From Balanoglossus misakiensis (Eukaryota > Animalia > Hemichordata), in assembly GCA_040954595.2 (NCBI GenBank), contig CM082580.2, positions 13,628,242 through 13,692,241 of the forward strand: DNA of 64,000 nucleotides. Direction: 5' to 3'. The notes under the pieces were generated by a model. The model did no database searches. It was given only the letters and a program-made list of their open reading frames with translations, and was not told the origin of the DNA. A program made the translations under genes and the position numbers. Of this stretch, positions 53,901 to 64,000 are shown in pieces (position 1 is the stretch's first letter; every line of letters begins with the position of its first letter).

Positions 53901-56900
53901 TATAACCCATGATTTTTTTCAAAAAATGAGCAAATTTTGAAAATTCGCAAAGTCCAAAAATCTTCGATTTTTGACGATTTTCCTGAGCTATAACCCATGA
54001 TTTTTTCAAAAAATGACCAAATTTTGAAAATTCGCAAAGTCGAAAAATCTTTGATTTTTGACGATTTTCCTGAGCTATAACCCATGATTTTTTCAAAAAA
54101 TGAGCAAATTTTGAAATTTCGCAAAGTCGAAAAATCTTCGATTTTTGACGATTTTCCTGAGCTATAACCCATGATTTTTTCAAAAAATGACCAAATTTTG
54201 AAAACTCGCAAAGTCCAAAAATCTTCGATTTTTGACGATTTTCCTGAGCTATAACCCATGATTTTTTCAAAAAATGAGCAAATTTTGAAAATTCGCAAAG
54301 TCCAAAAATCTTCGATTTTTGACGATTTTCCTGAGCTATAACCCATGATTTTTTCAAAAAATGAGCAAATTTTGAAAATTCGCAAAGTCCAAAAATCTTC
54401 GATTTTTGACGATTTTCCTGAGCTATAACCCATGATTTTTTCAAAAAATGACCAAATTTTGAAAACTCGCAAAGTCGAAAAATCTTCGATTTTTGACGAT
54501 TTTCCTGAGCTATAACCCATGATTTTTTCAAAAAATGACCAAATTTTGAAAACTCGCAAAGTCGAAAAATCTTCGATTTTTGACGATTTTCCTGAGCTAT
54601 AACCCATGATTTTTTCAAAAAATGACCAAATTTTGAAAACTCGCAAAGTCGAAAAATCTTCGATTTTTGACGATTTTCCTGAGCTATAACCCATGATTTT
54701 TTCAAAAAATGACCAAATTTTGAAAATTCGCAAAGTCGAAAAATCTTCGATTTTTGACGATTTTCCTGAGCTATAACCCATGATTTTTTCAAAAAATGAC
54801 CAAATTTTGAAAACTCGCAAAGTCGAAAAATCTTCGATTTTTGACGATTTTCCTGAGCTATAACCCATGATTTTTTCAAAAAATTACCAAATTTTGAAAA
54901 TTCGCAAAGACGAAAAATCTTCGATTTTTGACGATTTTCCTGAGCTATAACCCATGATTTTTTTCAAAAAATTACCAAATTTTGAAAATTCGCAAAGTCC
55001 AAAAATCTTCGATTTTTGACGATTTTCCTGAGCTATAACCCATGATTTTTTTCAAAAAATGAGCAAATTTTGAAAATTCGCAAAGTCCAAAAATCTTCGA
55101 TTTTTGACGATTTTCCTGAGCTATAACCCATGATTTTTTCAAAAAATGACCAAATTTTGAAAATTCGCAAAGTCGAAAAATCTTTGATTTTTGACGATTT
55201 TCCTGAGCTATAACCCATGATTTTTTCAAAAAATGAGCAAATTTTGAAATTTCGCAAAGTCGAAAAATCTTCGATTTTTGACGATTTTCCTGAGCTATAA
55301 CCCATGATTTTTTCAAAAAATGACCAAATTTTGAAAACTCGCAAAGTCCAAAAATCTTCGATTTTTGACGATTTTCCTGAGCTATAACCCATGATTTTTT
55401 CAAAAAATGAGCAAATTTTGAAAATTCGCAAAGTCCAAAAATCTTCGATTTTTGACGATTTTCCTGAGCTATAACCCATGATTTTTTCAAAAAATGACCA
55501 AATTTTGAAAACTCGCAAAGTCGAAAAATCTTCGATTTTTGACGATTTTCCTGAGCTATAACCCATGATTTTTTCAAAAAATGACCAAATTTTGAAAACT
55601 CGCAAAGTCGAAAAATCTTCGATTTTTGACGATTTTCCTGAGCTATAACCCATGATTTTTTCAAAAAATGACCAAATTTTGAAAACTCGCAAAGTCGAAA
55701 AATCTTCGATTTTTGACGATTTTCCTGAGCTATAACCCATGATTTTTTCAAAAAATGACCAAATTTTGAAAATTCGCAAAGTCGAAAAATCTTCGATTTT
55801 TGACGATTTTCCTGAGCTATAACCCATGATTTTTTCAAAAAATGACCAAATTTTGAAAACTCGCAAAGTCGAAAAATCTTCGATTTTTGACGATTTTCCT
55901 GAGCTATAACCCATGATTTTTTCAAAAAATTACCAAATTTTGAAAATTCGCAAAGACGAAAAATCTTCGATTTTTGACGATTTTCCTGAGCTATAACCCA
56001 TGATTTTTTTCAAAAAATTACCAAATTTTGAAAATTCGCAAAGTCCAAAAATCTTCGATTTTTGACGATTTTCCTGAGCTATAACCCATGATTTTTTCAA
56101 AAAATGACCAAATTTTGAAAATTCGCAAAGTCCAAAAATCTTCGATTTTTGACGATTTTCCTGAGCTATAACCCATGATTTTTTCAAAAAATGACCAAAT
56201 TTTGAAAACTCGCAAAGTCCAAAAATCTTCGATTTTTGACGATTTTCCTGAGCTATAACCCATGATTTTTTCAAAAAATGAGCAAATTTTGAAAACTCGC
56301 AAAGTCCAAAAATCTTCGATTTTTGACGATTTTCCTGAGCTATAACCCATGATTTTTTCAAAAAATGACCAAATTTTGAAAACTCGCAAAGTCCAAAAAT
56401 CTTCGATTTTTGACGATTTTCCTGAGCTATAACCCATGATTTTTTCAAAAAATGACCAAATTTTGAAAACTCGCAAAGTCCAAAAATCTTCGATTTTTGA
56501 CGATTTTCCTGAGCTATAACCCATGATTTTTTCAAAAAATGAGCAAATTTTGAAAATTCGCAAAGTCCAAAAATCTTCGATTTTTGACGATTTTCCTGAG
56601 CTATAACCCATGATTTTTTCAAAAAATGAGCAAATTTTGAAAATTCGCAAAGTCCAAAAATCTTCGATTTTTGACGATTTTCCTGAGCTATAACCCATGA
56701 TTTTTTCAAAAAATGAGCAAATTTTGAAAATTCGCAAAGTCCAAAAATCTTCGATTTTTGACGATTTTCCTGAGCTATAACCCATGATTTTTTCAAAAAA
56801 TGAGCAAATTTTGAAAATTCGCAAAGTCCAAAAATCTTCGATTTTTGACGATTTTCCTGAGCTATAACCCATGATTTTTTCAAAAAATGACCATATTTTG

Positions 56901-59900
56901 AAATTTCGCAAAGACGAAAAATCTTCGATTTTTGACGATTTTCCTCAGCTATAACCCATGATTTTTTCAAAAAATGACCAAATTTTGAAAATTCGCAAAG
57001 TCGAAAAATCTTCGATTTTTGACGATTTTCCTGAGCTATAACCCATGATTTTTTCAAAAAATGACCAAATTTTGAAAATTCGCAAAGTCGAAAAATCTTC
57101 GATTTTTGACGATTTTCCTGAGCTATAACCCATGATTTTTTCAAAAAATGACCAAATTTTGAAAACTCGCAAAGACGAAAAATCTTCGATTTTTGACGAT
57201 TTTCCTGAGCTATAACCCATGATTTTTTCAAAAAATGACCAAATTTTGAAAACTCGGAAAGTCGAAAAATCTTCGATTTTTGACGATTTTCCTGAGCTAT
57301 AACCCATGATTTTTTCAAAAAATGACCAAATTTTGAAAACTCGCAAAGTCGAAAAATCTTCGATTTTTGACGATTTTCCTGAGCTATAACCCATGATTTT
57401 TTCAAAAAATGACCAAATTTTGAAAACTCGCAAAGTCGAAAAATCTTCGATTTTTGACGATTTTCCTGAGCTATAACCCATGATTTTTTCAAAAAATGAC
57501 CAAATTTTGAAAACTCGCAAAGTCGAAAAATCTTCGATTTTTGACGATTTTCCTGAGCTATAACCCATGATTTTTTCAAAAAATGACCAAATTTTGAAAA
57601 CTCGCAAAGTCGAAAAATCTTCGATTTTTGACGATTTTCCTGAGCTATAACCCATGATTTTTTTCAAAAAATGAGCAAATTTTGAAAATTCGCAAAGTCG
57701 AAAAATCTTCGATTTTTGACGATTTTCCTGAGCTATAACCCATGATTTTTTCAAAAAATGAGCAAATTTTGAAAATTCGCAAAGTCCAAAAATCTTCGAT
57801 TTTTGACGATTTTCCTGAGCTATAACACATGATTTTTTCAAAAAATGATCAAATTTAGAAATTTCGCAAAGACGAAAAATCTTCGATTTTTGACGATTTT
57901 CCTGAGCTATAACCCATGATTTTTTCAAAAAATGACCAAATTTTGAAAATTCGCAAAGTCGAAAAATCTTCGATTTTTGACGATTTTCCTGAGCTATAAC
58001 CCATGATTTTTTCAAAAAATGACAAAATTTTGAAAACTCGCAAAGTCCAAAAATCTTCGATTTTTGACGATTTTCCTGAGCTATAACCCATGATTTTTTT
58101 CAAAAAATGACCAAATTTTGAAAATTCGCAAAGTCCAAAAATCTTCGATTTTTGACGATTTTCCTGAGCTATAACCCATGATTTTTTTCAAAAAATGACC
58201 AAATTTTGAAAATTCGCAAAGTCCAAAAATCTTCGATTTTTGACGATTTTCCTGAGCTATAACCCATGATTTTTTCAAAAAATGACCAAATTTTGAAATT
58301 TCGCAAAGTCGAAAAATCTTCGATTTTTGACGATTTTCCTGAGCTATAACCCATGATTTTTTCAAAAAATGACCAAATTTTGAAAACTCGCAAAGTCGAA
58401 AAATCTTCGATTTTTGACGATTTTCCTGAGCTATAACCCATGATTTTTTCAAAAAATGACCAAATTTTGAAAACTCGCAAAGTCGAAAAATCTTCGATTT
58501 TTGACGATTTTCCTGAGCTATAACCCATGATTTTTTCAAAAAATGACCAAATTTTGAAAACTCGCAAAGTCGAAAAATCTTCGATTTTTGACGATTTTCC
58601 TGAGCTATAACCCATGATTTTTTTCAAAAAATGAGCAAATTTTGAAAATTCGCAAAGTCGAAAAATCTTCGATTTTTGACGATTTTCCTGAGCTATAACC
58701 CATGATTTTTTCAAAAAATGACCAAATTTTGAAAACTCGCAAAGTCGAGAAATCTTCGATTTTTGACGATTTTCCTGAGCTATAACCCATGATTTTTTCA
58801 AAAAATGACCAAATTTTGAAAACTCGCAAAGTCGAGAAATCTTCGATTTTTGACGATTTTCCTGAGCTATAACCCATGATTTTTTCAAAAAATGAGCAAA
58901 TTTTGAAAATTCGCAAAGTCCAAAAATCTTCGATTTTTGACGATTTTCCTGAGCTATAACCCATGATTTTTTCAAAAAATGAGCAAATTTTGAAAATTCG
59001 CAAAGTCCAAAAATCTCCGATTTTTGACGATTTTCCTGAGCTATAACCCATGATTTTTTCAAAAAATCAGCAAATTTTGAAAATTCGCAAAGTCCAAAAA
59101 TATTCGATTTTTGACGATTTTCCTGAGCTATAACCCATGATTTTTTCAAAAAATCAGCAAATTTTGAAAATTCGCAAAGGCCAAAAATCTTCGATTTTTG
59201 ACGATTTTCCTGAGCTATAACCCATGATTTTTTCAAAAAATGAGCAAATTTTGAAAATTCGCAAAGTCCAAAAATCTTCGATTTTTGACGATTTTCCTGA
59301 GCTATAACCCATGATTTTTTTCAAAAAATGACCAAATTTTGAAAATTCGCAAAGTCCAAAAATCTTCGATTTTTGACGATTTTCCTGAGCTATAACCCAT
59401 GATTTTTTCAAAAAATGACCAAATTTTGAAAATTCGCAAAGTCCAAAAATCTTCGATTTTTGACGATTTTCCTGAGCTATAACCCATGATTTTTTCAAAA
59501 AATGACCACATTTTGAAATTTCGCAAAGACGAAAAATCTTCGATTTTTGACGATTTTCCTGAACTATAACCCATGATTTTTTCAAAAAATGAGCAAATTT
59601 TGAAAATTCGCAAAGTCCAAAAATCTTCGATTTTTGACGATTTTCCTGAGCTATAACCCATGATTTTTTCAAAAAATGAGCAAATTTTGAAAATTCGCAA
59701 AGTCCAAAAATCTTCGATTTTTGACGATTTTCCTGAGCTATAACCCATGATTTTTTCAAAAAATGAGCAAATTTTGAAAATTCGCAAAGTCCAAAAATCT
59801 TCGATTTTTGACGATTTTCCTGAGCTATAACCCATGATTTTTTCAAAAAATGAGCAAATTTTGAAAATTCGCAAAGTCCAAAAATCTTCGATTTTTGACG

Positions 59901-62900
59901 ATTTTCCTGAGCTATAACCCATGATTTTTTCATAAAATGAGCAAATTTTGAAAATTCGCAAAGTCCAAAAATCTTCGATTTTTGACGATTTTCCTGAGCT
60001 ATAACCCATGATTTTTTCATAAAATGAGCAAATTTTGAAAATTCGCAAAGTCCAAAAATCTTCGATTTTTGACGATTTTCCTGAGCTATAACCCATGATT
60101 TTTTCAAAAAATGACCACATTTTGAAAATTCGCAAAGTCCAAAAATCTTCGATTTTTGACGATTTTCCTGAGCTATAACCCATGATTTTTTCAAAAAATG
60201 ACCACATTTTAAAAATTCGCAAAGACGAAAAATCTTCGATTTTTGACGATTTTCCTGAGCTATAACCCATGATTTTTTCAAAAAATGACCACATTTTGAA
60301 ATTTCGCAAAGACGAAAAATCTTCGATTTTTGACGATTTTCCTGAGCTATAACCCATGATTTTTTCAAAAAATGACCAAATTTTGAAAATTCGCAAAGTC
60401 CAAAAATCTTCGATTTTTGACGATTTTCCTGAGCTATAACCCATGATTTTTTCAAAAAATGACCAAATTTTGAAAATTCGCAAAGTCCAAAAATCTTCGA
60501 TTTTTGACGATTTTCCTGAGCTATAACCCATGATTTTTTCAAAAAATGAGCAAATTTTGAAAATTCGCAAAGTCCAAAAATCTTCGATTTTTGACGATTT
60601 TCCTGAGCTATAACCCATGATTTTTTCAAAAAATGACCAATTTTGAAAATTCGCAAAGTCCAAAAATCTTCGATTTTTGACGATTTTCCTGAGCTATAAC
60701 CCATGATTTTTTCATAAAATGAGCAAATTTTGAAAATTCGCAAAGTCCAAAAATCTTCGATTTTTGACGATTTTCCTGAGCTATAACCCATGATTTTTTC
60801 AAAAAATGACCACATTTTGAAAATTCGCAAAGACGAAAAATCTTCGATTTTTGACGATTTTCCTGAGCTATAACCCATGATTTTTTCAAAAAATGACCAC
60901 ATTTTGAAATTTCGCAAAGACGAAAAATCTTCGATTTTTGACGATTTTCCTGAGCTATAAACCATGATTTTTTCAAAAAATGACCACATTTTGAAATTTC
61001 GCAAAGACGAAAAATCTTCGATTTTTGACGATTTTCCTGAGCTATAACCAATGATTTTTTCAAAAAATGACCAAATTTTGAAAATTCGCAAAGTCCAAAA
61101 ATCTTCGATTTTTGACGATTTTCCTGAGCTATAACCCATGATTTTTTCAAAAAATGACCAAATTTTGAAAATTCGCAAAGTCGAAAAATCTTCGATTTTT
61201 GACGATTTTCCTGAGCTATAACCCATGATTTTTTCAAAAAATGACCAATTTTGAAAATTCGCAAAGTCCAAAAATCTTCGATTTTTGACGATTTTCCTGA
61301 GCTATAACCCATGATTTTTTCATAAAATGAGCAAATTTTGAAAATTCGCAAAGTCCAAAAATCTTCGATTTTTGACGATTTTCCTGAGCTATAACCCATG
61401 ATTTTTTCAAAAAATGACCAAATTTTGAAAATTCGCAAAGACGAAAAATCTTCGATTTTTGACGATTTTCCTGAGCTATAACCCATGATTTTTTCAAAAA
61501 ATGACCAAATTTTGAAAATTCGCAAAGTCCAAAAATCTTCGATTTTTGACGATTTTCCTGAGCTATAACCCATGATTTTTTCATAAAATGACCAAATTTT
61601 GAAAATTCGCAAAGTCCAAAAATCTTCGATTTTTGACGATTTTCCTGAGCTATAACCCATGATTTTTTCAAAAAATGACCAATTTTGAAAATTCGCAAAG
61701 TCCAAAAATCTTCGATTTTTGACGATTTTCCTGAGCTATAACCCATGATTTTTTCATAAAATGAGCAAATTTTGAAAATTCGCAAAGTCCAAAAATCTTC
61801 GATTTTTGACGATTTTCCTGAGCTATAACCCATGATTTTTTCAAAAAATGACCACATTTTGAAAATTCGCAAAGACGAAAAATCTTCGATTTTTGACGAT
61901 TTTCCTGAGCTATAACCCATGATTTTTTCAAAAAATGACCACATTTTGAAATTTCGCAAAGACGAAAAATCTTCGATTTTTGACGATTTTCCTGAGCTAT
62001 AAACCATGATTTTTTCAAAAAATGACCACATTTTGAAATTTCGCAAAGACGAAAAATCTTCGATTTTTGACGATTTTCCTGAGCTATAACCAATGATTTT
62101 TTCAAAAAATGACCAAATTTTGAAAATTCGCAAAGTCCAAAAATCTTCGATTTTTGACGATTTTCCTGAGCTATAACCCATGATTTTTTCAAAAAATGAC
62201 CAAATTTTGAAAATTCGCAAAGTCGAAAAATCTTCGATTTTTGACGATTTTCCTGAGCTATAACCCATGATTTTTTCAAAAAATGACCAATTTTGAAAAT
62301 TCGCAAAGTCCAAAAATCTTCGATTTTTGACGATTTTCCTGAGCTATAACCCATGATTTTTTCATAAAATGAGCAAATTTTGAAAATTCGCAAAGTCCAA
62401 AAATCTTCGATTTTTGACGATTTTCCTGAGCTATAACCCATGATTTTTTCAAAAAATGACCAAATTTTGAAAATTCGCAAAGACGAAAAATCTTCGATTT
62501 TTGACGATTTTCCTGAGCTATAACCCATGATTTTTTCAAAAAATGACCAAATTTTGAAAATTCGCAAAGTCCAAAAATCTTCGATTTTTGACGATTTTCC
62601 TGAGCTATAACCCATGATTTTTTCATAAAATGACCAAATTTTGAAAATTCGCAAAGTCCAAAAATCTTCGATTTTTGACGATTTTCCTGAGCTATAACCC
62701 ATGATTTTTTCAAAAAATGACCAAATTTTGAAAATTCGCAAACTCTAAAAATCTTCGATTTTTCACGATTTTCCTGAGCTATAACCCATGATTTTTTCAA
62801 AAAATGACCAAATTTTGAAAATTCGCAAAGTCGAAAAATCATCGATTTTTGACGATTTTCATGAGCTATAACCCATGATTTTTTCAAAAAATGAGCAAAT

Positions 62901-64000
62901 TTTGAAAATTCGCAAAGACGAAAAATCTTCGATTTTTGACGATTTTCATGAGCTTTAACCCATGATTTTTTCAAAAAATGACCAAATTTTGAAAATTCGC
63001 AAAGACGAAAAATCTTCGATTTTTGACGATTTTCCTGAGCTATAACCCATGATTTTTTCAAAAAATGACCAAATTTTGAAAATTCGCAAAGACGAAAAAT
63101 CTTCGATTTTTGACGATTTTCCTGAGCTATAACCCATGATTTTTTCAAAAAATGACCAAATTTTGAAAATTCGCAAACTCTAAAAATCTTCGATTTTTGA
63201 CGATTTTCCTGAGCTATAACCCATGATTTTTTCAAAAAATGAGCAAATTTTGAAAATTCGCAAAGTCGAAAAATCTTCGATTTTTGACGATTTTCCTGAG
63301 CTATAACCCATGATTTTTTCAAAAAATGAGCAAATTTTGAAAATTCGCAAAGTCCAAAAATCTTCGATTTATGACGATTTTCCTGAGCTATAACCCATGA
63401 TTTTTTCAAAAAATGACCAAATTTTGAAAATTCGCAAACTCGAAAAATCTTCGATTTTGACGATTTTCCTGAGCTATAACCCATGATTTTTTCAAAAAAT
63501 GACCAAATTTTGAAAATTCGCAAACTCGAAAAATCTTCGATTTTTGACGATTTTCCTGAGCTATAACCCATGATTTTTTCAAAAAATGACCAAATTTTGA
63601 AAATCCGCAAAGACGAAAAATCTTCGATTTTTGACGATTTTCCTGAGCTATAACCCATGATTTTTTCAAAAAATGACCAAATTTTGAAAATTCGCAAAGT
63701 CCAAAAATCTTCGATTTTTGACGATTTTCCTGAGCTATAACCCATGATTTTTTCAAAAAATGACCAAATTTTGAAAATTCGCAAAGTCCAAAAATCTTCG
63801 ATTTTTGACGATTTTCCTGAGCTATAACCCATGATTTTTTCAAAAAATGACCAAATTTTGAAAATTCGCAAAGACGAAAAATCTTCGATTTTTGACGATT
63901 TTCCTGAGCTATAACCCATGATTTTTTCAAAAAATGACCAAATTTTGAAAATTCGCAAAGTCGAAAATTCTTCGATTTTTGACGATTTTCCTGAGCTATA
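35935..64000. repeat. 87-bp tandem satellite array, ~320 units, >28 kb, continues past window end
   Basis: Consensus unit (+): CTGAGCTATAACCCATGATTTTTTCAAAAAATGA(C/G)CAAATTTTGAAAA(T/C)TCGCAAAG(T/A)C(G/C)AAAAATCTTCGATTTTTGACGATTTTC. Head-to-tail with no spacers or insertions seen. Units usually differ at only a few recurrent sites, with occasional 86- or 88-bp indel variants. The first ~4 units are clearly more diverged. Confidence 0.99.

Noticed and set aside
36210-63958. Dozens of long ORFs (up to 984 aa) as protein-coding genes
   Set aside because: They are overlapping translations of the 87-bp satellite in two frames, repeatedly broken by 1-bp indels and stops, with no unique domain or gene structure.
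35935-64000. CRISPR-like array
   Set aside because: Units are contiguous with no unique spacers, there are no cas genes, and the context is eukaryotic.
36300-64000. Compensatory covariation between GA(C/G)C and GTC(G/C) variant sites implying a conserved RNA structure
   Set aside because: The two sites do not pair in the visible hairpins and mixed combinations are common; the linkage is explained by block duplication.

Overview
Eukaryotic, intron-rich, AT-rich metazoan DNA (an invertebrate deuterostome-like gene set; organism not identifiable with certainty). The first 36 kb holds four spliced genes that I assembled by hand from GT-AG sites and reading-frame continuity. (1) A complete 6-exon nicotinic acetylcholine receptor-family subunit (- strand, 5285..9, 516 aa) that lacks the loop C vicinal cysteines. 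(2) A 13-exon single-pass LRR membrane protein with no TIR, Ig or kinase domain (+, 16263..21918, ~562 aa). (3) A complete 16-exon SENP1/2-type SUMO protease (+, 22901..28724, 652 aa) with a 623-bp TA-flanked MITE in one intron. (4) The 3' 17 exons of an integrin alpha-4/9-like gene (-, 35927..30608). Between genes 2 and 3 lies a solitary histone H3-derived cassette: promoter boxes, stem-loop and HDE are intact, but the ORF is shortened to 65 aa by three frame-preserving deletions. The remaining 28 kb (~35935..64000, running off the window) is a homogeneous 87-bp tandem satellite of ~320 units. It begins about 6 nt from an integrin splice acceptor, contains several dyad symmetries and phased A/T tracts, and shows nested higher-order duplications (~1.04 kb, ~10.3 kb, ~12.1 kb). 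The long repetitive ORFs in the ORF track are a by-product of this satellite.
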